The notes below the pieces were generated by a model. That model was not told where the DNA came from. It made no database searches and saw only the letters and a program-made list of their open reading frames with translations. DNA of 64,000 nt from Octopus bimaculoides (taxonomy: Eukaryota), in contig NC_068985.1 of the NCBI RefSeq assembly GCF_001194135.2, positions 81,467,466 through 81,531,465 on the forward strand, in the 5' to 3' direction. This document shows positions 1-11,283 of the stretch, piece by piece. Made by a program: the position numbers and the translations under genes. How positions within the stretch are numbered: position 1 is the stretch's first letter; every line of letters starts with the position of its first letter.

Positions 1-335
1 GAAGTCCCTTAAGGGCTCCCCACGCTCAAGCGGACCGCTCTCCCCGAACACCCGAGCAAAATGCTGGTGAAGGGCCTTTTGCATCTCCTCCTGTCCATAG
101 ATCCCGCGTCCCTGCCCGTCAGTCAAAGACCCAATGCAGGACTTCTTGCCCTTCTGACTCTCCACATGGCGAGCCCATCTGGCTGCGTTGATACCTTCTC
201 GTTTCCCAGCGCGTAACTTAGCTCTGACTCGGCATCCTTCGTGTTTGGCATTGAGGTGACGATACAAGACCGTTCTCGCCGCCGTCACTCTGGATGCGGT
301 GCCAGATTCCATTGCCTCATCTAGACTCCTTGGCA
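1..335 (-). mobile_element. Tx1/L1-like LINE ORF2 fragment (linker between endonuclease and RT), cut by the window edge
   Basis: Minus strand reads ...SLDEAMESGTASRVTAARTVLYRHLNAKHEGCRVRAKLR..., matching the 43224-43412 ORF (LEEAIKKSIATDALAARMTLDHFFEAKHEGCVVR). DNA near 235-290 aligns by eye with 43260-43310. Confidence 0.75.
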
Positions 336-1837
336 GAAGGGAAATAACGTTGGTATGAATAACTAAATATATATACAGGAAGTTAGGATAGTACGAGACA
401 GGTAACCTCGTTCACTTCCTGTTAACGATCAAGGCATGTAATCTCGTACTTCCTGTTAAAAAGGGGAGTGGGGGGGACAGCGGGAGCTTGGCGCGGATAG
501 AACTAGAACGAGACGGAGCTGCATACGGGTCGGACCGTTCACCAACTACCTTGAAACCATTGAGACTGGACCTAATCTCCATATATGAACATTTACTTCC
601 CAGTTTGAACACTTTGTTGTTGCGATCGGAAGGTTACCCCTTTTTCTTACATTATTAATTTGTCGTAACAACATAACAATAATATTATGAGTCAAATGGT
701 GTAGAATTCGATTCTTAGTAAGGAATGAACTGATATATAAATAACGTAGATTATTTCTTGAGACGTAAAAGTTTTGTGCGGCTGACGTTGGTCAACTGTA
801 CTGATTGGTAAGTCTAAAATAACGAAATATAACAATGGGGCCTTTTATTTGTCATATGTGTCGGTGAAAAGCTGTGATTAGTAGTGTTATCAATGACGTT
901 CGTTCTTTTTGACAGGTAACACTTAGTGGTTTTGCTTCAGAATTAACCAACCACATAGCTGCTTGTATTGCTTGTGGTGAAGTTGGAAATGTTGTTGGTT
1001 ATACTGTTGGTTGTGCTGGCGGTGATGTTTGTTGCTTCCATAAAGCATCTGAGAGTGAATCTACTTTCAAGTTAATACATGGCGTCAAGTTGAGATGAGC
1101 TCAAATATTTTATTTAGAATTGGTAAGGCGACGGACAATGCAGAGTATCTCTGTGAAGTAGGGATCATAGACATTGAATCAGTTTTGCGTAGTGATACTC
1201 TGTCTATGATCATGTACTGTGTTTTTGCACTCCCGCTTCCTGTGATTGATAACGCATTTGCATTGTGCTGCGGTTTTCCACGTGGCAGTGGAAGAACGAG
1301 TCTTTATGTTGAAGTAAGCAAGTTTCGAACGTGTTTTATGGGTGGAGGACACAACAATCTGGTATAATATATTTCTTTCATGCAATTTGCCTTTCGTGAG
1401 TCAGCACTCTATGCCGTAGCAGTTTCCTATAGGTTCTTCTCGTTGGTATTGCCGGTGGCTACCCGCATTGCGGCTGAACATTTTTATATCAGTTGAGCAC
1501 TATCCCATTTCATTGTTTCAGATTTACCGGTGCATATTGTTAATGTTAGCCGACAGCATAAAATATTTAGGCATGAAGAAATGATCCAGTTTACCAAAAT
1601 ACAATTATAATAAACACGTAATGTATTGAGCACTTAGAAATGACATGTTTACGTGGAAACACAAACACACTATCAAATATACACACACACACTCACACAC
1701 GCTCACATCCATCCATCCATACTATTATTAAATACATATGTACGTACAAAGATACATATTATAAAAGCCGAACTACATAAAGAATTATATACATTATTTA
1801 TATTTGACGGATATTTGTCCTCATCTTGTTTGTTGTT

Positions 1838-1883
1838 AACACAACGTTTCGGCTGATATACCCTCCAGCCTTCATCAGGTGTT
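1838..1883 (-). ncRNA. Minimal type I hammerhead ribozyme, intact core
   Basis: Minus strand AACAC-CTGATGA-A-GGCTG-GAGGGTATAT-CAGCC-GAAAC-GTT-GTGTT: stem I AACAC/GTGTT, stem II GGCTG/CAGCC, CUGAUGA and GAAA boxes, palindromic AACGTT in place of stem III. Confidence 0.85.
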
Positions 1884-1919
1884 TTGCGGACACTCCAATT
1901 ATGGAGTGAATTTTAGGGC

Positions 1920-2336
1920 TTATAAATCTAATATTCTCCTATTCTTCTTTAATACCGGTTCCCATATGCTGTTCATATCTGCACTCGGTCTGCTTAGGAG
2001 GTTGTTGTGTCTTATCATATGTGCTGCTTCTTTTAGTTTTCGTATTTTCCAGTGGTGTTCTCTGTCTATTATTTTAACTTCATCCCACAGGGGGAGGTGG
2101 TCTCCATTTTTCCCTACATGATCAGCTATACCCGATTTATCAATATTTCCCCGTGTCACAGCATTACGATGTTCGTCTACCCTTATTTTGAGGGGGCGAC
2201 ATGTTTCGCCTTTGTATAACCTACCACAGCTGCATGGGATGGAGTACACGCAGTTCTTAATCATATTCTCTTTCATTGGTGGTTTTACTCGAAGGAAATA
2301 TTTGCGAAGTGTTGTATTACTTTTCAGTATGGACAC
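1920..2336 (-). pseudogene. PLE GIY-YIG endonuclease domain, 5'-truncated
   Basis: 138-aa open frame with the VY-x-I-x-C-x-C...Y-x-GET...R...EH pattern; the RT that should precede it on this strand is absent. Confidence 0.85.
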
Positions 2337-2615
2337 TGATATCTATCGACAAGAAGAGGGTTTAGCTATGGATTCGCCATTATCACCGATAATAGCCAAA
2401 ATATACACATGGAATACTTTGAGAATTTGGCTTTAGGATCAACACCACTAAAACCAACCCTATGGCTGCGATATGTTGATGACACCTTCATACTCTGGCC
2501 CCACCAGGAAGATGTCCAAGTGCTGCTAGATCATGTGAACTCAATAAAGCCATCCATACAGTTCACAACGGAAAAAGAAAAAGACAATCAGCTAGCATTC
2601 CTGGATGTATTAATT
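2337..2615 (+). pseudogene. PLE reverse transcriptase fragment, frameshifted and inverted relative to the adjacent endonuclease
   Basis: Two frames read YRQEEGLAMDSPLSPIIAKIY / MEYFENLAL...WLRYVDDTFILW...IQFTTEKEKDNQLAFLDVLI, the Penelope RT motifs including YVDD. Confidence 0.9.
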
Positions 2616-2837
2616 TCGAACTTGGGTTCTCATTCCTAAGGTATTTTTCGATGTTATTATTATTATTATTCAGGTCACTGCCTAGAGTCGAACTCGGAAT
2701 CTGGGTTTAGTAGCCCGCGCTCTTAACCACTACGCCATACGCCTGCAGCAATTATAGAGTGAATTTTAGGGCTTATAAATCTAATATTCTCCTATCCTTC
2801 CTTAATACCGGTTCCCAAATGCTGTTTATATCTGCAC
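2612..2837 (-). mobile_element. PLE ORF end fused to the tRNA-like cassette, truncated before the hammerhead
   Basis: 2746-2837 repeats the ORF end at ~1905-1990 (SIWEPVL...RILDL*); 2612-2745 is the tRNA head (TGGCGTAGTGG, GAGTTCGACTC), (AAT)n and body. Confidence 0.85.
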
Positions 2838-2840
2838 CAC

Positions 2841-3793
2841 AGGCATATGGCGTAGTAGTTAAGAGAGCGGGCTACTAACTCCAAGATTCCGAGTTCGATT
2901 ACAGGCAGTCACCTGAATAATAATAACAACACCGAAAAATACCTTAGGAATGAGAACCCAGGTTCGAAATTTCTCCAAGACATATCAGCCGAAACGTTGC
3001 GGGATCTATTTTAAAACGGGGGCCACAGTATTTTCTTAACGAAACACTTTGAAACTTGGAACACTGGTAGAATGTGTCATATAAAACATCTTTTTCTCTT
3101 AGTCTTCTTAAAAAAAAAAAAAGAAATCCAACATTATTCCATGTTAAAGTTGTCGTATTTCTGTAATTTCAACCAATCACTGACGTCCATTCAGCCGATA
3201 TACATTAAGTGCCGACNNNNNNNNNNNNNNNNNNNNNNNNNNNNNNNNNNNNNNNNNNNNNNNNNNNNNNNNNNNNNNNNNNNNNNNNNNNNNNNNNNNN
3301 NNNNNNNNNNNNNNNNNNNNNNNNNNNNNNNNNNNNNNNNNNNNNNNNNNNNNNNNNNNNNNNNNNNNNNNNNNNNNNNNNNNNNNNNNNNNNNNNNNNN
3401 NNNNNNNNNNATAAAACGAAGCTATGGAGATTAAATACGCTTTACACCGCTTAACCAGCCAAAGGAGTAAATATAAACAACTGAATACTTGTCAGTGATT
3501 GGTTGAAATTATCGAAATAAGACAATTTTTTACATGAAATAAATTCGAATACAAAAATATTTTTCTGTTCTATAACACAAAATAGATAAGTATACGAAGT
3601 TTGAAAGTCTTTCGGTACCAAAAACACTACGTAAAACATTAATGAAAACTGTGGCCCCCGTTTTAAAATAGATCCACGTTGCGTTATATCAGCCGAAACG
3701 TTGCGTTAACAACAAACAAGATGAGGACAAATATCCATCAAATATAAATAATGTAAATAATGCACATAATTCCACATCTCTTAAATATAGAAC
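2841..3793 (+). mobile_element. tRNA-head/hammerhead/PLE-tail element, CTGATGA box deleted, interrupted by a MITE
   Basis: Head at 2841, body to ...ttctccaagac, then atatcagccgaaacgttgcg; resumes after the MITE at 3676 and ends cttaaatatagaac like the 11283 and 13495 copies. Confidence 0.85.
3002..3675. mobile_element. Non-autonomous DNA transposon, Merlin-like (28-bp TIR, 8-bp TSD)
   Basis: Perfect TIR GGATCTATTTTAAAACGGGGGCCACAGT at 3002-3029 and 3648-3675; TSD ACGTTGCG at 2994-3001 and 3676-3683; internal imperfect IR. Merlin is inferred from GG termini plus 8-bp TSD; hAT or P is not excluded. Confidence 0.8.
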
Positions 3794-6030
3794 TGCATAA
3801 AGAATTAATTACAAATTTAGAGTTTGATATTTCTGACAAATGTTTTAATTAAATTTATATATTCCTCTCGTGGTCTATCCTAGAGATGGAGATGGTGGAG
3901 GGCTTGAGTGGTCCAATAACTCTGAGAGTAATACAGTCTAATATTTAGAGCTTTTGTCAGGGACATCCACAGCGGTAAAGTCAAAGAAGAGGATCCAAAG
4001 CGAACATGACCATCGACTTCTAAAACTCCAATGGCGAAGCAAGTGGATGTAGACAACAAGGGCCGATCTCAGTAACATTTGAGCAGGCATAGAGGATCAA
4101 CCTTCTTTGGAATAGTTAAGAAGGCGTCACTCGAGACTAAGTCAAGAGATAATCCGTTATAATTTCATTGCATGATACATGTCTCATTTTTATATGAGCT
4201 GCAGAGAATAGTTCAGGAACCAAAATGTGTGGGTAATTCTCTAGTAAATGGAGAGCCGTTTGAAGTTCCTGCGGCTGATATTTCCTTCGACAGGGAGAAA
4301 CTGAAACCCTGGGACACGAGAAACTTGCACACGCTTAGACGCGCGCTCCCCCACCCCCCACACAGAGTATAGTGTGTGCGTATATTTGACGCTGATGAAC
4401 ATTGATGAAGTATGTAAACATTGTCGAGAAATTGAAAAAATTCCATTGTTACTCCCACTACTAGAAATTTTTATGAACCCGTGTTTGTCCCGTTAAAAAC
4501 GGTGCATCAAAAATGTCTATATAAAACTAAGAATGAACACAAAAATAGTGGAAGTAGAAATAAGCAACGAGTTTGTAAAGGAATAGTCATTTCTCAGATA
4601 ACTATATACCACCAAGTTTATATTTTCCACAGAGCATTTTTATTAAATTAAGTGTATTGATTATTGATTTCGACAGGGCATTGAAACCTGTCCACATTTA
4701 TTTTGCCAACAAAACACGACGTCACCATGGTATCTTTAATTAATGGTAAAATACTAATGAGGCGATCATGGTACACTTATAGATGAACGATAAGCCTTGT
4801 GTTTAATCATCGTTACATAATGAATCACAAAGAATTCTTTAATCGTGGTATATATATTTTTTCTATCTTTTGGAGAATTCTATGCAGTTGTTTTTCTTTA
4901 ATGCATTTTTTGCCCGTTTTCTCCTTTAATCATATGCGTATGCGTACATAAACACGCATATACCTGAACGTTTATATTTTGCATATACGATCGTGTATGT
5001 TTCAAAGTGAATATATACATTCATTAATGAAAATGTTTGCCTGTTCGTTTACTTTAATTTGATAGATGTGTAGGCTAGTGACATTCTGCCATTGAAATTC
5101 ACTGTCGTTTTATATATTTACACGCAAAACTGTATGCTCTGACATTTCTAAATATGTCGATAATTATGTATATAAACATGAGTACAGGGATATATTATTA
5201 TTCATTTATACATATTTGTTGTGTTTATTTTTTTCTTCTTACTTTTCATTTTATTTACCTTTGAGTCGTTTCAAGACAAAAATAAAATATATTTTTTAAA
5301 ACTAGTAACAATATACAAATCAAGAAATGAAAAATTGAGTACGAATGTCAACACCAATCCAAAATAGAAAATAACAAGAAATTGAATGAAAAAATAACAT
5401 AAACAAGTCTATAAAAATAAAACGAAAAAATAGATAATTTGAAAGGAAAAGAAAATTTAATCTTAAGATGTATCCTTTGAGATAAAATGAATAAAATCAA
5501 AATTATCTTTGTATTTCTTTTGTTTCTTCTGTATTTATTTTATAAAAAGACATTTCCCTTATGATTGCAATCTTAGCTTTTTTCGCTATTTTTACTTTTT
5601 TTAGGCTTGAATTTTCTTTTTGTTATAGTTATATAAATGTTGAAATTTTGCTTTACAAAGCTAAAAAGGTATTTTATGTCATGCTCTGTCTATTTGCAAT
5701 GGGAAATGAAGTAACCTGATCTTGAATAGATGTACTTCAACAAGATTTCCGGGTGTTTTAGTCTAAAACAAATACATGATAATTGTAGCTTCAGATGACA
5801 TCAATATGGCCGTTCTTTTTGTAAAAATTACTAACACAGGTACAAAAACACATTCACACATGTACACAGAAACACCCAGCATGTTGTTCATTTAAAATTT
5901 TGCTTCATTTTCCTTTATTTCCTTGACCTTTTGAGTTAGCTATCACAATATAAAATTATATTTAATTTCACAGCTAAAAGTCAAACTTTTGTGTGTAGTA
6001 AAATGATAATCTATGAGTAAGGGATACATA

Positions 6031-6455
6031 CAGATCCTCGTCGACTTACGACCTATCCGACTTACGACCGATCGACTTTACGGCGATTGGCGTGCCAGCT
6101 CCCGGCAGCAATAATAAATAATCCAGTTGAAATCTAATGGATTTAGTTACTTAGAAATTAACCCGTCTACAGATGATGACAGCTAACAAACGCTTCCCCT
6201 AGGTTTGGTTATCAATCGACATTGTGTTGGATGACTATTCTGTCGCGAGGACATCGAGGCAGCCTCGTATTTATTTATAAGACGACTGCTTGAGACTCCG
6301 AAATTTTTGACTAACACCAGTATAATAGTATTATACAGAACACTGTGTATGACTTGAGAATGTACCTTAAGAATGTATATGTAGGCCTATACGACCAGAT
6401 TGACTTACGACCACTCAGTCGGAACCAATTGTGGTCGTAAGTCGACGACGACCTG
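6031..6455. mobile_element. pogo/Tigger-like MITE
   Basis: TIRs CAGATCCTCGTCGACTTACGACC / GGTCGTAAGTCGACGACGACCTG, TA on both sides, repeated subterminal GACTTACGACC motifs. Confidence 0.8.
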
Positions 6456-7229
6456 TATGACATCAACATAGCATCTGTCTAGCTATCTGTCAGTCTGCCT
6501 GTCTGTCCGCATGTATGTATGTATTTCTAAATTACATTTATATTTCTGATAAGCACTTGTACGCTGATGGCTGATATCGTTGCACACAACGAAGATTTAC
6601 AAGCTATTAGAGATAAAATTATATTGGCATGTGGCATGGTCACGCAGTCTTGTTAAAACTGTTCTTCTTTCTCACGTTGGCAACAAGCTAAACAGGAATG
6701 CCAATATTTAAGGACAAAACTGAAAATAGAATTCTGAAGTTATGTATATCTTTTGAATAATTAAATAAATTTCTATTTTAGGCAGAGCGATATATTAAAA
6801 TTGACATAAAAAATATTTTCAGAACATGCAAATTTTTTATTTGCCTGGATGTACGAATGCGAAACGTGAACATCATATTTATTGAATGTTAAACAATTAG
6901 AACATTTTCAGCAATTCGGGTGAAATCTCTAGAATACTTTGATGTATTCTCTAGAATACTTTGATACAGTGTCTATTTCTCTGTTAAATATAGCAGAGAT
7001 GTGAAAAGCAAGCATCATAGATGCAAAACTTTGTGGACAGTTTTAAGTTCCTGTCTGACCAGATTCGTTTCTATAGTGTTCCAAAGCTAACTACAGCCCT
7101 CTCAATTCTCAAGTTGATTTTTAAATCTAAATGTTCATCCTCAGAGAAAGATACATAAAAGAATCTGCTACATCAAGTCTGGTTCTATATTCTATAAGTA
7201 TGTTTGGTTTCACACATGTCTCTTCTAGA

Positions 7230-9050
7230 ATAAGTTTAAACATTACCTTAATTTTCTTTAAGGCTTATTCTATGTTCAAAAGATAATCATTACAAGCACG
7301 GGAGAAGAGATTCATTATTTTCTGTATACCTTGTTTTATGTGAGCCATACTATCATAATCGACAGTACGCGACAAATAGCTTCTAAGAGTAAAAAATCCC
7401 TTTGATTTAGGTATGAAACAATTTAGATTATACAATTTTTCTGTGCCTACAATACCTCCCTTAAATGCAGGACCAATCACAGCTACAAAAAATATGGAAA
7501 ACTAAAGTATATCTTTCTGTTTAATATCGTAATGCACTAGAGTTAGCACTATTTGTATGGGAGTAGGCTTTCTAGATATACATTTCAACAAACATGGGTT
7601 CCGACTTGCCAATTAGTGTTTTCATTCATTGCGTCAAAAGCTTTCGTTAGATCAACGAAATCTCTCTGCACTTCTGCAATTGCCTGAATTCATCTCTTTA
7701 ACGACACTTTTGGCTTCTTCTGTAGTAGGACAAGTATCCATCTCTTTAATAATCTAGTGCTGCGTTACGTCTCCTATGCCTGTCATACTATTGTGGATGA
7801 ATTATAAAAAAGACATGTAAAATGCTCTGAAACTTTCAATATCACTGAATCCGCCTCTAGAACAGTGAGAAATAGTAGGTGATTGGTGAGGACCAAATAT
7901 TTGGTTAAACAAGTTGTACGTGTTTTGGAAGGTATTTTTCGCCAAAGGCCAAAATATCTGTAGGTATACTCGACGACAAGGAAATCGGTTGACCCATCCT
8001 GAAAAGTTGATATATGGCGGCGCTTCAATAATTTTTCTATTTTCAAAGTTCCTTTCTATGTAAATTAGGATTAAGCAATTTCTGGTACTTGATGTCTAAA
8101 AACTTAGATAGTTCTGAATTGTTTGCATCGAACCAATTTTTGTGTCTGCATGCTCTGAAGCCTAGAATATTGCCAGATATGGTATGTGTATTTTGTCTGA
8201 AATCTGATCGTGTATTCATTAGGCGATAAATTTGCTAGAACTTTACGGAAAGATGCTGATATTGCAGGGTTTGTCGGTATTGTAACTAATTTGGGACCTT
8301 CATATAAGTTATTGTGAACTTCGTTCGTACAAGCCAGTAACCCGGTCAATACGTGACCCCACGCAATACTTTAACATGGCGTAGTTCATGAATGTCACGT
8401 TTGTCTATTATGAAGTCAGTACGATGATCATATTTGAANNNNNNNNNNAGCCAGTAACCCGGTCAATACGTGACCCCACGCAATACTTTAACATGGCGTA
8501 GTTCATGAATGTCACGTTTGTCTATTATGAAGTCAGTACGATGATCATATTTGAATCGGAAATGAGTGTAGGTAACATTATGCTTGAGATTCTGATGAAA
8601 CAGTGAATTGCCTGTCACAAGACCAGGTTCAAGACATAACTGCTTGAACCTGTATACATTTTTACCTTTGTAGAAACATCCCAAGCTAAGTCATGTATTG
8701 CAGTCAGGATATACTCGAGGATTAAAATCACCAGATAGGGGTTCTAGCCGCCAGTCAGTGCTGAAAGAAAGGCATTTCTAAGATTCTCGTAGAAAAGAGA
8801 TTGGGTTTCTTTTATTGAGTGAAGTGTTGGTGCATGCGCAGAAAAAAGTCACATAAAGAAGTTTAATGCTGAAGTCATTCATAGTGGATGACAACTCATC
8901 TGGCTCATCAACTAGGTTCTTCCTGATCGCAAAGAAACCGTAGTCACAATCCATATCAATTAACTGACCTTCCTCTTGCAATCGTGTCTCAAAAAAGGGC
9001 TGCATTATTGATTCTGTATCAGTCAGGGTTGACAAGCTTCTTCCTTCCTT
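7230..9050 (-). mobile_element. RTE-clade LINE, decayed (APE endonuclease, linker, partial RT)
   Basis: ETRLQEEGQL, FAIRKNLV, DFIIDKRDIHELRHVKVLRG (endonuclease) and FVDLTKAFD (RT, ~7640-7670) on the minus strand, with many stops and frameshifts. Confidence 0.8.
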
Positions 9051-10576
9051 TTAAGTAACAAATTAGGATCGAGTCAATTTGTAACGTATCTTCTCTTGTG
9101 TAAGGTGATTTTCTGTCTCGTTAGATGAATATTATATACCAGCAGTACTATTGCTTCGACAACTTTCTGTTAAAGTATTACAAGCTTATTTTCTTATTAG
9201 GAAAACTTATCAAAGTATTCATCTTAATATATGTGATGAATGGTGGAAGTTCAATTGAAAAGCCATCAGTAACAAATTTTTATTATTCAATGTGTCTGAA
9301 ATATTTTCCATTAAAAAGTTGCATAAACAATTATAAATGAGTATAATACAATGACATTACTTTGTCTGAAACAAAAGGAAATAAAAATAAAGAAATAAAA
9401 AACAAAACAATATTATATTCCATCTTCCAGGTCATTAAAACTTTTGGACATATTCATACAATTATTGTTACAATATATTCATAAGCCAGATAAAACATGA
9501 TGGCAGATTATGCCACATTCTGTTAATGGCAATATATTTTAATCACACAATACCAAACATTTATTTTCTAATGAGAGCAATTCGGTTTTTTCTCCCTCCC
9601 ATTCCTACTAAAAGATACATGTAACAATACTCAATTCATGATGGTATTGTCTCTTTGTTGAATGTGAAGTTTGCAGTGCAAGGAATTTGTTGGTTTAAGA
9701 CAAGTAAGTTGGCTTTGGAAAAATCAGGTTTTCACTGCAGACGGAAATGTAACAGCATGATGTAATTCTGCAAGTTGCACTGGTTGAGGCAATGTAGAAA
9801 TAAAACATACCACGAAGATTCCCTTGATTGCACACTGTGATCTTCCTATATTATGCTTAAATTTCTCTCCAGTTAATTGTTATAAACAATTGACTCTACA
9901 GCAATCATATTAATGTATCCGGAAATAAAAGGAAATTATTTTGGTATAATGTATAAAGAATATCTGTGAAAGTTTCAATAACAATATCATACAATTTATA
10001 CAATAATAAACAAGTTGGAATTATTGAAAAATTTCAGGCTATTTAAAGATGTCTTACAAATTATCTTCTCACTGCATATATCGTTTCAGAGTGAAACAGA
10101 AAGAATTTCATGAAACTCGGTAATACTGGGGACTTTAACAAACGATATACTGAAATATTTGTCTTAAATTGAATTTAAAACTGAAAGATTATAACACGTA
10201 AAAAAAAAAAAAATTAAATGAATCTCGAAATACTGAAATAAAATTAAATAAAAATCAATAATTGCTACATATTTTAGACTAAATGTCAACCATTAATAAG
10301 TTTTTCTTCCACAAATATATTGATATAATTAATGAACAGTTAGAAGTGAGATGTTTCTTTAATTTTTAAGTTTATTTCTGATAATGGTTTTGACTGGACA
10401 TGTCTATAGATTCACGCTTGTTAGAGTGCATAGAACAGTTTTTTAATCCTCAATGATTAATAATTATATAATATGAAGGTATTGACATATGTGTTTTATA
10501 ATAGGTGTTTAGCGAATCTGAGCAAAGCGTGTTGTCTAAAACCAGCATTGTTAAGATGGATAAACAGAAACAGTAA

Positions 10577-10856
10577 ATTATTTACATTATTTACATTCGA
10601 AGGATATTTGTCCTCATCTTGTTTGTTGTTAACACAACGTTTCGGCTGATATAACCTCCAGCTTTCTTCAGGTGTCTTAGGGATATTTCGAACCTGGGTT
10701 CTCAAGGTATATTTCGATGTTATTATTATTATTATTATTATTATAATTATTATTATTGTTGTTGTTGTTGTTGTTATTGTTCAGGTCACTGCTTGGAATC
10801 GAACTCGGAATCTTGGGGTTAGTAGCCCGCGCTATTAACCACTACGCCATATGCCC
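10577..10856 (-). mobile_element. tRNA-head/hammerhead/PLE-tail element, left member of a head-to-head pair
   Basis: Reverse complement matches the 10887-11283 copy: A box, B box, (AAC/AAT)n, body, hammerhead, tail. Confidence 0.9.
10631..10676 (-). ncRNA. Minimal hammerhead ribozyme with one stem II mismatch
   Basis: GACAC-CTGAAGA-A-AGCTG-GAGGTTATAT-CAGCC-GAAAC-GTT-GTGTT on the minus strand; first stem II pair is A.C. Confidence 0.7.
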
Positions 10857-10886
10857 GTAGGTATATGGCGTAGTGGTTTAGAGCGC

Positions 10887-11283
10887 GGGCATATGGCGTA
10901 GTGGTTAAGAGCGCGGGCTACTAACCCGAAGATTCCGAGTTCGATTCCAAGCAGTGACCTGAACAATAGCAATAATAATAATAATAATAATAATAATAGT
11001 AGTAGTAGTAGTAGTAATAATAATAACATCGAAAAATACCTTAGGAATGAGAACCCAGGTTCGAAATTTCTCCAAGACACCTGANNNNNNNNNNAGTAGT
11101 AATAATAATAACATCGAAAAATACCTTAGGAATGAGAACCCAGGTTCGAAATTTCTCCAAGACACCTGAAGAAGGCTGGAGGGTATATCAGCCGAAACGT
11201 TGTGTTAACAACAAACAAGATGAGAACAAATATCCGTCAGATGTAAATAATGTACATAATTCCTCATCTCTTAAATATAGAAC
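10887..11283 (+). mobile_element. tRNA-head/hammerhead/PLE-tail element (most complete copy; spans a 10-N gap with duplicated flanks)
   Basis: GGGCATATGGCGTAGTGGTTAAGAGCGCGGGCTACTAACCCGAAGATTCCGAGTTCGATTCC head, (AAT/AGT)n, body with a second GGTTCGAAATT motif, hammerhead at 11161, tail ending cttaaatatagaac. Confidence 0.9.
11161..11206 (+). ncRNA. Minimal type I hammerhead ribozyme
   Basis: GACAC-CTGAAGA-A-GGCTG-GAGGGTATAT-CAGCC-GAAAC-GTT-GTGTT; position 7 of CUGANGA is variable; stem I has one G.U pair. Confidence 0.85.

Larger units (their letters stand above)
1789..2336 (-). mobile_element. Penelope-like element 3' part: GIY-YIG endonuclease, 3' UTR, hammerhead and tail
   Basis: ORF 1920-2336 has CVYSIPCSCGRLYKGETCRPLKIRVDEH and KLKEAAHM, typical of a PLE GIY-YIG domain. 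It is followed by a hammerhead and a tail shared with other copies in the window. Confidence 0.9.

Noticed and set aside
660-1500. Possible N-terminal region of a PLE ORF on the minus strand
   Set aside because: Only vague resemblance with many stops and no diagnostic motif; needs TBLASTN against a PLE consensus.
8330-8555. Apparent ~110-bp direct repeat in the RTE element
   Set aside because: Near-identical copies flank a 10-N gap; likely unmerged contig overlap.
10887-10962. Genuine tRNA gene
   Set aside because: Acceptor and T stems pair poorly and the head is always embedded in a longer repeat; treated as tRNA-derived. No bona fide tRNA or rRNA gene was seen in the window.
11018-11170. 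Apparent tandem dimer of the element body, which would have suited a dimeric hammerhead
   Set aside because: The duplication straddles a 10-N gap, so it is most likely an assembly artefact and is not counted as a separate copy.
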